From Bigelowiella natans CCMP2755 (Eukaryota > Protista > Cercozoa), in contig ADNK01000981.1 in assembly GCA_000320545.1 (NCBI GenBank), positions 93,960 through 157,959 of the forward strand: 64,000 bases of DNA, written 5' to 3'. Every line of letters begins with the position of its first letter. The stretch's first letter is position 1. The translations under genes and the position numbers were made by a program. The notes beneath the pieces were generated by a model. It made no database searches, was not told where the DNA came from, and saw only the letters and a list, made by a program, of their open reading frames with translations. Positions 1 through 14,870 of this stretch are shown one piece after another.

Positions 1-560
1 CTGCTCTGTAGCAAGTCAGTGTAGCTAACTTTAGAGCTCTAGAGCTAGCTAGCCAGTGGACACCCATGGAGACATGCATCTCCATCTAATGAAGCCATTG
101 TACCATGCATGCTAGCATAGCATGCAGCATGCAGCATGTCTAGATGTCGCAGCGCACAGTTCGTGGCATTGCTGTCTAGCTGTCTAGCTGTGCGTCATAC
201 ACAATCTCGTTCTGTCTGCTCTAGTGCTAGCTGTAGCGCTAGCTAGCTAGCTAGAGAGCTGCATGTGAAAACATCAAGCTGCTGGATCTAGGGATGTCTG
301 GATGTGGTAGTCTGTCTCGCGGGACCGTCTACAGTGCCATCGAGCCATTCTAGCTACAGTCCGTGCTAACGGGCTTGTCCATCGAAATTATATGCACACC
401 ACATGCATGCCCATAGCACATTCAGTTGTCACACTGTCTAGCTGTGTTCATAGTCATGGTACTTCAGCGCGTATCACCATGTTGTTCGCTATAAGCCGCT
501 CTCTCGTCTAATGACACACACAGAATCGCATTGGCTGTGCAAGTGACGTAACGTAACGGT
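1..560. other. TpA-poor, CTAG/TGCA/CATG-rich intergenic zone
   Basis: Most TA dinucleotides are in CTAG, NTAG or CTAN, with a (CTAG)n run at ~239-254. Lies downstream of the WIP-like gene. Confidence 0.7.
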
Positions 561-859
561 GATCAGAGGGTGAAGATTATACAAGCAACAATTGTATTGC
601 CATGTTTGCACTAGTGGTGAGCTTCTAATGGGTATTGTTGAACTCGAATGACCATAACATCTGAAGACAGACTTATCCGATGCGTATCGGCTCTGCTTTT
701 ATCATATATGTTCGATGCTCTTCGTAACTACCGTTTTCTGTTCTCTCGAGCCCTCTACCATCCTCTTCATGTGTAGTTGTCGACCAGTTTGTTATAAACC
801 TGCTGCCACTACTCCCCCCGCCCCCTCTCTCGTTTCACCAACCTCAAAGTCAAAGGCAT

Positions 860-2565
860 TTATGACTGAGAGAGCTCCTTCATTTTCTTGCTTAACTCCA
901 TTACCTATAAATGACGAATAATTCGAAGTATAGCAGATTTGGAAATCATTCTTTTCGAATCCCATCACAAATACAAATACACATTTTTACACAATTACAA
1001 GCGCTATAAGGGTGGGGGGGGGGATAAAAATAAGTGTCATGTGATTTTGTGGTTTCAGATTCTAAGGCGTACAATGTGCGGGGCGTTTGTGACTTAATTA
1101 CCCTATTCATGTCCCCCTTTCGTGCGGCAGCCTCGATCTCTTTTTGTAGGGCCTGATAAAGGCGGAACATTAGTATCAGTTAAATTATTTTCATGGCTAC
1201 GATATAACTGACAATGATAATGATAATGATGATGATGGTGATACACAAACAAATGTGCGTCAGGTCACCAAAAACCAGCGTTTAGCTGTCAAAACAGGAT
1301 TACTTATGAATTGCGTTAATATTTTGGAATGGAAAGGATCTTCAATATGTCAACGAGACATTGTCCATGAACAAAGGTGATGTGTTACAGCGATGTGCAC
1401 ATGCAGTGATGATTGTATGTGAATCATCTATCCATCAATACCGCCATCTTTTTATCCCGCTCCGCAGCCTTCTTGACTTCCGGAGATGGACCCTATGTTG
1501 ACAATTGCTTAAGTAAATACAAGTGGACACAAACTATGTTGTGATTGTGCACAAGTCCACCACAAAACACAAAGAGGAACAGATAGAGGTTGGGGGTTTC
1601 TCGCAAAAGTTCCACATACATATCTAGCAAACAAAAAATTCTTCTACCGTGGAAACCTCGATATGATCACCAAAGTTTGGACAAACTGCGCGTCGATTGC
1701 CTCCTGTTCATCAATTTGCATTTTATAAACACGCATCCTATACCCCCTCCTACCACACATGCACATCCTATGTGATTCCATACATCCACTCAGCACACAC
1801 AAAAACACGGCGCACTTGATAAATACGTGTCAGATCTTGGTGTTCTTGAGAGAGAGGGTGATTCAGTATTTTATAAGATATTTTGTTATACTCACCAAGG
1901 TAGACTTTTGTGCAATTCGTGTACCTGTTAACATGAGGAGGAACGTCAGAAGTAAAAGATGAGATATTGATTTAACTGAATCAATTGAGTATCAGACATA
2001 TTTTATATCCCTATCACTATTGCATGTATTTTATACACTTAATAGTACTTGACCTCGGAGGGGGCGGAAGATTTCCGCGAAAAGTGAACCGTCCTTCCCA
2101 CACGCTACAATCTGGCATCTGCGAAGGCGGTACTACCCTGGCATTTGGGGAACGAGGAGCTTCCACATGCTTCTTATTCGATGGCAACGGTGCTGTCGGT
2201 TTTGATGGTGAAGGGCGATTAACATTTCGATTATTTGGGGGTGGTGGAGCGGGGGGTGACGACTGTGCGAAGGGAGGCGAGATTGGTCTATTCGGCAGCG
2301 GCCGCCCCGGGGGGGGAGGGCTTTTTTGGAGACGACGTAAGGGCCCCTTTGGAATATTAGGAGAAGAAGCGGGGCGATGTGGGGGACGAGGCACTGCTTT
2401 GCGTGGAGGTGATAATTTTCCATCCCGCGGAGGAAGCTTTGGTGGTGGGGCGGGGGGTGTGAGGGCGTGGGTGCCTCTTGCGGGAGATTTATTTCGCCTT
2501 GGAAGGCGAGGAGGAATATTGGGTCGATTAGGAGGCAAGCGTGGGGGGAGGGGCGGCGCGGACAT
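860..2565 (-). CDS. Proline-rich WIP/verprolin-like protein (multi-exon)
   Basis: ORF 2017..2565 is very Pro-rich. Splicing at gtcaag (~2053) to the exon at ~1895-1924 gives WEGRFTFRGNLPPPPRYTNCTKVYL, resembling the WASP-binding motif of WIP (WESRFxFHxxxDLPPPEPYxxxxKxYPS). Downstream exons GPSPEVKKAAERDKKMA / ALQKEIEAAARKGDMNR / VMELSKKMKELSQS* have GT-AG boundaries, with the stop at ~860. Middle exons are not fully resolved. Confidence 0.6.
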
Positions 2566-3520
2566 TACTTAGCTGATGCTAAATGCTTAGTCGTTCTATT
2601 TCTTCCAATCGCGCTTCCTTCGCCTCCTCCAAGTCCAAACAAAAATTTTAGATCGTTGGAAGTTATGAGGGATACGTATGATAGTTGTTCTCTTTATTCG
2701 ATATTTCCTTCTCCTCTAGCTTTGCGGTTTCTTGGCCAGGGGTAGGAGGGTGTAATTCGAAAGGTGATGCTCTCGATCGTTCCCTCCTCTCTCTCTAAAT
2801 GAATCTACAGCAGTAACAACGATTTTTAAGTCACAATCTATTTTTTAAGATCTCCATAGCTCTCAACAACACCATTGCTTATTTCCAAATTAGGCCAATA
2901 CTTCAAGTAATTCACCAGCATTCGACCTAATCTAAATGAAATCTGCAGACTATTTTGAGATCCTTCGCCATGCAATCGACAAATGTAGGTGTAAATCTGC
3001 ATAAACAAACCAGCAACACATTGACTGAGAATTGTCTAATTTTACATTCTACGACAAGAACAGGAAAAGTCTTTATCGATAAAATATAATTCATTTACGA
3101 CAACATGCTCGGCCAGAAGGGATCCTGTAAGTCCTTGAGCGAGCACAAAACTTCGGGAGGCATTGGGATCCCGGAGATTCCACAATAAGTGTGCCGTGTT
3201 GTTGCAGCATTATTGCCAGTAGTTAGTTAAATTTTATAGCCGACAATTACCATCTTATACGACGGCACGTGGCATACTGTCGCAAGTGCGAAATATTCTG
3301 TGTTTTTACTAGATTTGAACACGAAAGTGGAGTATTCTACTGGTAAATCGGCTACTCACACCGGCGACTCGTCGTTCCGATAGCACGCGTGGTGGGGGAG
3401 AGATAATACTGGAGATAAGAGGAGAGGGGTGAGGAGTCTCTCGACCACAACCACGATCACTCGAACACAATGAGCGAGAATACCGGCTAAGAGGGGGAGT
3501 TTTCAGAAACAAAAGCTTAG

Positions 3521-4002
3521 ATGCAACTTTTAACAACAACAACGACAACAACCTCGATTCTATTCGTCATATCAAGCCTAACGATCGCTTCACCGCATAC
3601 CCCAATCACGCGTCCAGGGGTCCCTTCTTCACAGTTACAACTCACATGCTTTACATTGCCCTTACTCTCAACGATGCCATCGAAAGCAGCGATCCAACTC
3701 GTTGGAGCTAGAGGTCATCATCTGTATAACAACTACAAATTATTACGGAGTGGAAGTGGAGAAAGAAAGTTAAGACATATATGGAGGCCCCGTAGTAGCA
3801 CCGCTCTTTATTCTTCTTCTAGTGGTAAAGAAGTAGGTAAGAAGGGAAGATGTGATAAGGGAGTTGTGTGTAATAAAAACATCGTTGTGCTCGGGGGATC
3901 ATTTGGTGGATGGACAGCGGCAAGACGGCTATCGGATTATGCTTATAATTCACAAAAAAGACCATTCAGGTGGAATACAAATGTTTTTTGAAGATGATGC
4001 CC

Positions 4003-4041
<39 letters not shown>

Positions 4042-4331
4042 GCACGCACATGCACACATACACACATTGCAGGAATCATAAAGGACAGCAAGTTAAGTTG
4101 AATATAACCCTAATCGAGAGAAAGGACTTCTTCGAGTATACGCCGTCGATACTAAGGGTAGTTCAAATTATGATAGAAAAATGGCATGCCTGTTAGATAT
4201 GCATATACATGCTAATATTTATAACGTGTGTACCACCGTAGGCATTAGTGGGGGTTGACGCTAAGACTGGAAGATCACGTGTACTAAAGGATATCTACGC
4301 ACGCACGGCAGCAGGCACAAAAGCAACGTAA

Positions 4332-4383
<52 letters not shown>

Positions 4384-5393
4384 TGTGAGTGAAAGTCTAT
4401 GAAGGATGAAGGAGGATATTAGAAAAACACAAAGCTTCTTATGCAATATCTAGTTGACACACTTGTATGCTCCTTGTACTATTTATGGATGGGCTAGGTT
4501 CTTACGGGGCGACATCTTCAACTTATCTCCGGATGCGGTGGAGGTTCGGCCAATAGTCTCCAATGATGGGGTTGCTACAAACAATGGCAGTAGCAGTATC
4601 AGCAATGATATCGACGACATTGTGAAGATTCCCTATGACTACTGCATAATCGCCACAGGGGTTGGTTATTATTACCCACATCACTCAACAACAGAAAAGA
4701 AAGAACGAGTACGACACATGATCCCTTCGTCGTGTTTATATTCTCATATCACATACTCTAATAATCTTCACTATCACCTACCATTCTTCTCATTATGTAT
4801 CAGACTGCATATAAATCGCCCATAAGAGATTCTTCCTCAGAAGAATGGACACGTTCTCAGAGAGAACGGGTATTATTAACATACAACAATACTTATCGTA
4901 ATCGTCGTTATCGTCTTCTTCGTTATCATCATCGTTGCCTTCGTCGTTCTTCACTACAGTGTGATATTGTACAAAAAGATGGTAAACCAATGGGCCTTGA
5001 AACTCCAAGAAGCAGATGAAATTGTCATCGTAGGAGGTAGAAGAAGAAGAAGAAACATGAGCAAAGGGATAATGCTTAACTTAGCTTACCTACTACCTCC
5101 TAAACGCCTTCTGGTCCTCATCACCTTCGTCCATATATTACTATCAGCATTGGACATTATCCCTAACAATCTGTCGCTGTTGTTGTTGTTGGTTGTTGTT
5201 GTTGTTGTTGGTTAAATGTGGAATATTTAACCTCCACTCCGTAGGGTGGGATTGTGGGTGGTCGAGTTAGCTGCGGATATTATCTACAAATATCCCCAAC
5301 AAAACAGTGTGTTGCTTTTTCTTCTTCTTCTTCTACTTCTTCTTTTTCTTCTTTTTCTTCCCTGTTCACATGTATTATTTAGTATCTCTCTCT

Positions 5394-5438
<45 letters not shown>

Positions 5439-5704
5439 TCATACTCTTACTCTCTTCTCAGGTGCGGTTGATATCGAAGAGCCATATTCTGCTACCAGAA
5501 TTGCCGCCCAAGTAGAAATATTATATATATTGTGTATATTGTGTATGGGGAGGAGGAGTAAGAGAAGAATTAATGCAATAAATAAAATATTTGTATCATA
5601 TGCAAAGATCCATCATGATCACCATTATAATAGCAATAGTTGTATCGTAGATATGCTCTCGTCGTATCATTATGGTAGAAATAGTTGTATAGTAGAGATG
5701 CTCA

Positions 5705-5736
<32 letters not shown>

Positions 5737-6744
5737 ATCGTTGTTGTCGTAAGTAGGATATAAATGCCTCTGCCTCTTCCTAATCGCCGTTTGCATATCT
5801 ACACCCTATTTCCAATGTGATAATCTTTCTAATAAAACTCCCTGTTTATGTATTATGTTGACTCCGTGATTGTTGTTGTTATTGTTGTTGATGATGATGA
5901 TCTCAGATGCGGTGAATATGCGGCTAAATGGCTTCAAAGACACGGCGTTCGGTTAGAAATGGACCGGGTTCTATCCAACGAAGAAATTGCTACTATCACT
6001 AAAGGAAAAGATGGAGGAGGAGGCACACAAAAGGAAAAGGGGGGGGAAACGGTGGGATGATGTTGTGAATCAACATGTATTATTACTACTATTATCGTAC
6101 CAATGAGATTCTTTCTCTTTGCCTTTCACTCGTTTCTCCACTTTTTTTAAGATGTAATGAAAAGAACACACACACACACACACACACACACTGTGTTCTG
6201 CAGAATATATTGCCCCTCTCCATTGAGGATAAAAAAACGACAATGTGATCAAATGCAGGTGAGTCTTCTTCTCACGTGCGTGGGAGGCGAGCCCTCCACC
6301 CATATCTTTGATGATAAGTTCCAGAAGCATCAGCGACATGGTTATAAAACAAAGAAAGGTACTCGCCAGTAAGAACAGAGGAAAACATCACATCACACGT
6401 ACATGCACACGTCGCCTCTACTTCTTCTTCTTCTTCTTCTTCTTCTAATGCACATGTTTTAATATCCTCCTCATCCTCCTCCTCCACCTCCTTCTCCACC
6501 AAAGCTACTACTGCTGCTGCTACGATCATATCAAAACCATTACGAGTTAACAATAAGGTGATAATACGACGACACCATGATACATGAAGATAATACTACT
6601 AAATTAAATGTTTTTGGTGCAGTATCATCACCTATTGATAGTAGTAATAGCAGTAGTAATACATGAGCAGTAGCCGTAGTAGTAGTAGTAGTAATAGTTG
6701 TTGTTGTAGGAGAAGTAGGTCTATCATACCATCAAGGAGTGTGG

Positions 6745-6790
<46 letters not shown>

Positions 6791-6911
6791 TATCAGTTAA
6801 ATGTGATAAGCTCGGTGACGCTTCCCGGTCCTTCTTCTTCTTCGTCTTCTTCTCGTTCTTCCTCGAATGATGATGATGATGATGATGGTGATGGTGATAA
6901 ATCATCACCAC

Positions 6912-6943
<32 letters not shown>

Positions 6944-7096
6944 CGGGGGTGGCAAAATGGGCATGCTATCCCAAACGTCTTCGCCATAGGAGATATCTCG
7001 TAAGATCTATTAGCACCAGTATTCTTGTTATTAGTAGTAGCAGATAGATAGATATTTGGATAATAAATAGCGAGTACCAGTCGTAGTATCTCAAAT

Positions 7097-7137
<41 letters not shown>

Positions 7138-7379
7138 CTACTACTACATTATTGTAGAAGAAACCCCATGGAAGGAATGAAGACTGCGTAATATCAATAT
7201 CAACAAACATGCATATACATGCATACATACATACATACATACTAAACAAATTACCTATATCAGATAACAAAATTAATAATGGCAATTTTCATAATAATAT
7301 AAATTGATTTCACTTTTTCAGCTGCTTCCTTTCCATGTAAGTGCATAAGAAATGTCCAACACAAGTTTGGTTTTTTACC

Positions 7380-7412
<33 letters not shown>

Positions 7413-7496
7413 AGCGATGACAATCACGATATTACAGATATACGGCTGATATAGATGGTGCATACGTTGCGAAAGCTATTCTACAGGTGGTTTTTG

Positions 7497-7530
<34 letters not shown>

Positions 7531-8027
7531 ATAGAACCCGACGACGATCAATCAATAATGCTCATTCGATGACAACACAAAACAAAAGCCACAACGAACG
7601 TTGAAAAGGAAAAGACTTCTGACTCTTTATCATCCTCCTCCTCCTCCTTCCTCTTCCCTCTCCCTTCCTCTCCTCTGTCTGTTATATGGCTAACCGCCTA
7701 CGCCTTGTTGAAGGACTTATACAGCAGCAGCAGCAGCACCTCTTTAGATCCAACAACAACAACATCAACGACAACTAAATCAATAATTGGAGATTATCCT
7801 TCGCCTATCACAGGTGGTGATTTTAAGTAAGAACTTTACCTACTACCGCTGCTATTATTTGTCTGTGTATTTGTAGTTGTAATAGTAGTATATATATGAT
7901 CATCCTGTATAGTATTAAAGAAAGCAACCACACAGCAAACAGTTGTTCACATGATGATCTTTAAAACCACCACCACCACCATCGCTACTAATACTCCTCA
8001 TCATCCTCCTCCTCCTACCACTTACTG

Positions 8028-8061
<34 letters not shown>

Positions 8062-9030
8062 AAGGGGTGGGTTCTCTGCCAAGGCTCTCTGCTGTTTCCT
8101 TAGGTATTATTATTACAAAAATTTAATGTCATTTTGATCATATTCGCACATATATGGGATGATCGTGATAATTACCATGAGCGCCTTTATCATCATCATC
8201 ATCATCATCATTATCATCATTGTGTTCCCCGTCATCATAACCATTTCTCATCAACAAAGGATTTCGTGACGGTGTCCTTGTATTTAACGATTGGATCTTG
8301 ACAGGTAGTAGTAGTAGTAGTAGTAGTTGTTGTTGTTGTCGTTATCGAAGAAGAAGAGAAGAAGAAGAAGAAGAAGAAGAAGATCTCAAAGTACACAAGT
8401 TGGACAAAATATTCTGCGAAGAAACATTGCTTCTAGATGATGGTGATAATTATGGCGATAAGAATGATACACATATATATAAGATTGACACTGGTAGGAA
8501 TGATAGTCTCATTTGTCAAATGGAGCGTTAAGGTGCTGAAAGTAGCTCAAATGAACGGTGGGATCCATCATCATCATCGTCATCATCATCATCGTCCACA
8601 TACATAATATTTATAATTATAATTATAATAATGATGACAATAAAAACAACAGCCTAGTGGTGTGATATGACAACTATCTCTAAAGTAGATGATGATGCTA
8701 TTGATGTTTTGACATGTTGTGCGTGTCTTCATCGTGTGTGCATGCATTTACCTGCTTGTTTATGGATTTATGAACTCAGGAAATAGCTTAGCGGACTTTA
8801 CTTGGAATGCTGCAGAATCTCTTACCTTTATCCTTCATAGGATAGATATCTGGAGGGAAAATATGGTAGTGGTGGTGGTGGTAGTGATGGGGGTATACGT
8901 GCTGTTATGGTTACTACATAGTAACATGTTATTTAAAATAATCAAACTCTGAACACAAATAATGTCTACATATTTCTACATTCGTCATTACGTACTTATA
9001 TTACTACATATCGTACGTATTTTTGTGCGG

Positions 9031-9067
<37 letters not shown>

Positions 9068-9286
9068 CCACTCGCGTGTTGTCGATATATGTACGCTTGC
9101 ACCCGTATTATTATTAATCTGGTAGATCATGAGATTATTCAACGTCGTTTTATCATCATCCATCGATTACCACAGGTTTTCATTGTGAGAGAAGCACTTA
9201 AAGGAATACGTACCATAGTACATACTATTACGAGAAAGAAAGCTGCTTCTTCACACTTGCCCCCAGCAACATCACCAAGAGGATAG
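3521..9286 (+). CDS. FAD/NAD(P)H-dependent pyridine nucleotide-disulfide oxidoreductase, AIFM2/FSP1-like, probably plastid-targeted (multi-exon)
   Basis: Exon-encoded motifs occur in the expected order: IVVLGGSFGGWTAARRL, ITLIERKDFFEYTPSILR, IPYDYCIIATG, IVIVGG|GIVGVELAADI, LLPELP, LLLTCVGGEP, PNVFAIGDI. The N-terminus is hydrophobic followed by an S/R-rich leader. The 3' end is uncertain (8952 or 9286). Confidence 0.8.
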
Positions 9287-9449
9287 GAGGCGGAACTACG
9301 TGATGAATAATGACCACGCTATTTTACGTTTTCATGCGAACAACATGTATAATAGTGTCAATGATACTATATGATATACATCATCGCTTCATATTGGAGA
9401 AGTTGTTCGTAGGACGCTACAGCTACTATCTAGCTATCTTCATTGATCA

Positions 9450-10330
9450 GATGATGCCGCATGATCGAACATTGATGATAAGACAGCAGTACACACTAGC
9501 ACATCACAATGTCTCGTTGTTATCTGCATGTATGATGCGTTGGTCTGCTGCATTTTGATCGCAACCCAGTTGTGATGCTGTTGCTGCTCTCTAGCTGCTA
9601 GCCTAGCTAATGTGCACAGAGTATCGTACGACAGAAGCAGCGGTGTCGGAACGGTTGCGCACTGTGGACAGCACAATAACGGCACGCCCATTTTATTCTA
9701 GTTATTATTTGTTGCCTGACACTCTGTGCAATCACATCGATCAGGCTAGCTAGCTAGCATGCAGGCGTCGTCATTGTGCACATCTAGTGTCTAGTTATTA
9801 GCATGTGCGGAGCGCTTATTGCAAGTCGAGTAGCGACACATCTAAACAATGAGCGCTGCAGCTGTGCGTGTGCAGTGTTGTTTGCCCAAGCGTGCTACAT
9901 CATGATGAGCTTAGGGCATCTCTCACCCACTTCTATTTTCGATTCTAGTTGTTTCAAACAAGTGAACCATCTATTTGTATATCGTTCCCACCAGCTTTCT
10001 TTAACAAAGCGTGTGTATATCTAGACATCTGTTGTGACAGAGGATGTACGCTCTTACATTTGGGCGACAATTACAATAAAGCCGAAAATGTAAATTTAAA
10101 GAGCACTCATTCACACATCTGCTGCATCACTGTGCAGTGATGGCTTTTTATCTGATGTTCTGAGAGGATTGTTCGAATAGTGATGTAATGACACATCACA
10201 GTGGTTGTGGGACATTGATCATTATGTTAGACCAACATCATGGTCTGCATCAACTATGCGTAGAGCCAAACAGCTCAAATGTTGCCTCATCTTACAGCAA
10301 TCCCACATCATCTCAGTGTAATACTTGCGA
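9450..10330. other. Partially TpA-depleted, CTAG-rich convergent intergenic zone
   Basis: Contains gctagctagctagc at ~9745-9758 and many tgca/caca/tgtg. Lies between two converging 3' ends. Confidence 0.55.
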
Positions 10331-10646
10331 GCAATTTCAAGTGAGTTCACACCTAAGATGATAATGTTGGGTAGTAGAAACTATGTATTATTATATATTG
10401 ACAATATACTACTCAGGAACCACATCAGACATCATACTGTGTGTTCATATCTAGCCTTATCATTCAATGCTATCATCACCATCATCATCATCATCATCGT
10501 CGTCATCACTACATTATTCAACAACATCATCAACAACAACAATAACAACCTTTAAGAAGTCTAAACATCATCATGGACTTTATATTGCCTCCTCCTCCTC
10601 CTCCTTGCCCCCCTTTTACAAACAGATAATACCACAACCAAACTAC

Positions 10647-11755
10647 TCAAACAACACTACCAATGAAAGATATAAGACATCTGATTAGACGCACCCGTCG
10701 TAACACTCTTCTTCTTGTTCTTTTTGTCTGGTGTTGCCCCATCTTAGTATTCTGAGAATCTTTTACCCTATAACTATTACTACAGCCTCTAGTATCGTTG
10801 ACTTCCTCCAAAAATGCCGTCACTTTTTCCTCATACTCTGCAGCAAAATCTCTCCACGCTTCCAAAAATAGCCTTAACTTCACCACGGATCCTTCCATGA
10901 ATATTAGTTAGTTAGTGAGTGTGTGTGTGTGTGTGGGCATGTACATGATAAACATAGGCGATAGTGCAATAATTGTGCAAACAAAATGGTCAACATCGAC
11001 GATGTAGTATGTATGACAATTAGCTACTACAGTAACACACTACCATGGAGAGATGATGATGATGATGATGATGATTGCATCAAATAGTGTACTTTGTGCT
11101 CAGTCATCAATCCCGCTGATTAATTAGTGATGATGATAATGATGATGATGATGAAAATGGTGATAGCGAAGAATGACGTGTTGCTCGAGTAAAATTGTAC
11201 AACAATTGCGCAACAATCTTCTTCTTACCAGTGCTACTAGTAGAGTGGGTGCTGCCCCCCCAGTGATGATGATGATGATGATGATAATGACGATGGTCGA
11301 TTGAGGGAGGAAGATGCTTTATGTGAGGTGATAATGGTGGTAATAATGCTGCCATAATTGACGATATGATCTCCCTGATGATGTGGTGTACAACACTCAG
11401 CATAGAAATAATTATATTCACACATAATCTAGAACAAATTAACATCTACTACCGCTTAACATCAGGGAGACATATCGCACTATCATTGCAGCACCAAATA
11501 TATACTCCTCCTCTAGCATCACCATCATCATCATCATCATCATCATTTTGCTCAAGTATTCTCTATATACACATATTACTCTTCTACGAAGGATAGAAAG
11601 AAATGAGTAGTAGTAGTAGCAGTAGTAGTGGTAATGACCATAAGATATGTAGAGAATCTGCAAATATCGTAATATGAAAAGCGGTCATTGATTTATGCAC
11701 CCGAACCTACGTAATAACAACAACAACAACAATTACACGACAATGATACCCAATC

Positions 11756-11788
<33 letters not shown>

Positions 11789-14686
11789 GTATGTTAGTGG
11801 TTGGATATGCAATTCCGCGTATATAACAGCATATATATGCTCAGTGACGACGACACACAAATACACACCCATACACAACGTGTCATTGCTACTACTATAC
11901 TGATACTGCGACTAAGACAACGATGATGATGATGATTATGATCATTATCACCACCTGCAGGAAGGTGTGGCCAATATCTGTTGGCTTTCTCCACCATGAA
12001 GTTGTAGTAGTAGCAGTAGCAGCAGCAGTATTACGATCATCATGATGGTGATGATGATGATGACGAGGAGGAGGAGAAGGTTGATGACGGCTTTTCACCT
12101 CCCCCCCTGCCCCCTTCTCCTTGTCGCCGTCCTTTTTATCATCATCGTTATCTATGATGGACCTGCTCATGTTACCCATCATCTGCATCACCATCTTGCT
12201 TACATCCTTTCCCCAATTGGGTGATGCTGTTGTTGTCTTCTTTGCCGTCGTCATGATCGAGGATGATGATGAGGATGATGATGAGGAGGAGGAAGAGGAG
12301 GAGGAAGAGGAGGAGGAAGAGGGGGATAATGATGGCAGCAGTATTCCATCAAGCTCTTCCCCTCCCACATTTCTCATCGCTTTTGTTTAAATCAAAGCAC
12401 AAAGAAACAACAGTAATATCACATGTTAACAATAACGCTACTACTGCTACTACTCTACTACTACTACTACTACTACGTTTACTTCATAGAAAGTGCATAC
12501 TAACCAAATGGAGCTGTCTTGAGGACAGAGATTATCCTCTCGTAGAGGCCCTTGTTTGGCCGTAGTAGTAAATCACGAGAATACCGATTCACTTTTATCC
12601 ATTCTATTGACCCACCAGCAGCACCTTGATTGTGTATGTATACAAATAAATTATACCGTTGATGTGTTGTTGTGATAACGATGTACATGCATCATATGCT
12701 ACCATAACTGCTGCCCTATAAGACCCTTCCCCCCCCCTCTTAGTATTATTACCTCTATGTCCAACAGAATCAAAGAATGATGATGAGGAGGAGGAGGAGG
12801 ATGAAGATTCCTGATTATATCGTCGTTTTCGTTTGCTCGTCCCTCCATACAGCAACCCATCAAATGGTTGTTGTTGTTGTTGGTGGTGGTGGTGGTGGTG
12901 GTGCTGCTGCTGCTCTTGTTCCATGGTCTTACTGCTAGCATCGTAGCATCTGATGTCAGCAGCACCATCATGACGACTATGATGATGATGATGGGGATTA
13001 GGTTGTAGACGACTAGAATAGTGACTTCTTAGAGGAGGAGTAGGAGCAGGATATATCGGTCCTGGGGAAGGAAAAATTGGTATTTTTATATCGTACGGTG
13101 AGGAGAGGAGCGATGTTGATGATGATGATGATGAAGCTACTCCTCCATGTTCTCCTATTTCTTCTCTACATGATGAGAATCTCAGTGCTAGCGACAGAGG
13201 CACAGAAAAGGTAGCCCCACTACTACTATCAAGCTGCTGGTTTCCATCGATTGAAGAACAAGAAGGACCCTCTGCAAGTCGTAACTGCGACAATCGAAAT
13301 GACAGCTGTAGTTCTGCATAAGCACGGTGGTATAAATGAGGGCATATATCAGCCTTTGCTTCGATCGCTACACGACGACTCTGAGTGCGACTCTTCTTCT
13401 TCTTCATAGTTAAACCACATCTTCCATGTAGAGTTCCCCACACTCTGGGGGTGATATTGATAAGTGTCCTTCTCCTCCTCCCACTGCTGCTGCTATTGTT
13501 CTTAGCAATGAGAATCAATCTAATTGTGTCGCGATCACTGTCGCACCATGCAAATACCCTTTCTATCACACAGTCACTACACGAATGTATGCTGCTACTG
13601 CTACTGCGTTTTGATGATGATGATGATGATGATGATGAGCATGTACGCCACCATGGCTCAATAAGTCCCTTTGTCCATTGGTATGTACTACCATCAAGAG
13701 GGGGGGGGGGGTAAGCAGTATTAGATCGTAGCCATCGATTAGGAGGAGGAGGAGGAGGGGTTCTTCTATTACGGGAAAGAATAATGTTATCGTTGGATCC
13801 TCCTCCTCCTCTTCCTCCTCTTCCTCCTCCTCCTCCTCCTCCTCCTTGTGTTCTGTCTTGCTTCCGATCATCGACATCATTATTATTAAGAGACAACTTA
13901 ATAATATCTCTCTTTTCCTCCTCCTCCTCCTCCTCTTTGCTATCCCTCCCCCTCTTGGTGGCAATATGAAGTGCTGAATCATCATCAGCAGCATCAGATG
14001 ACAAACCGATAAGCGGGACGAAGAGTGAAGAAGAAGAAGGATAAGAGGGTGATCGTGGTGATAATGAGGAGAAGAGAGAAACATGATCATGATTCTTCCT
14101 CTTGTAGTCGTCGTCGTAGTAGCTTTCATCTTCTTCGATGATTCGTTTCAACATCATCTTTGCATGATGTACGAGTCTTGTCTTGTTTTTTGCCTTGTCT
14201 TCTAGGTGATTCAATAGGCTCCAACTATGAGCAATTTGGCGTTGTAGAGATGAATATACAGCAAGATAACTTGGAGAGTGAAGGTGGCCTTGCTTGATAA
14301 TATTATCACTATAATGACGACTATTTTGACGACGACTTATAGCAAGAGCAGCTTCTGGTAAATCTTTGAGCGATTTTATGAATATCAAGGGATAACCCTT
14401 GTTCTTTTCTTTGCTGCTCTTTCTGCCGCTGTTACTGCCCCAATAGGAAATGTTGTTTTCGGTAGTAGTAGTAGTAGTAGTTGTTGTTGTTGTTGTAGTA
14501 GTTGTTGTTGAGGCTGCTATGGTTGGAGGGGATAGATCCGCCATGGTCTAATGGTGATTGAAAGTAGATGATGATGAATAAGTTCCATTATCGGTAAGCT
14601 ACATGATATATTACTGCTGAAAGCACACTTATCACCATACCCATTATCTCTCTTCTTCTTCTGTCTTCTTCTTTATGTTGTTGTAC

Positions 14687-14718
<32 letters not shown>

Positions 14719-14821
14719 CTGCATTACAACCCCCAGTAACCCTCTCTCTTCAGGGCAAAAATTGCTGCATATAGGCGGAGCAGCCACGAGTCCCGCAAAA
14801 GAAGCGATCATTACCAAACAA

Positions 14822-14870
<49 letters not shown>

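Noticed and set aside
1985-2572. 195-aa Gly-rich ORF on the + strand
   Set aside because: It is the antisense shadow of the Pro-rich minus-strand exon.
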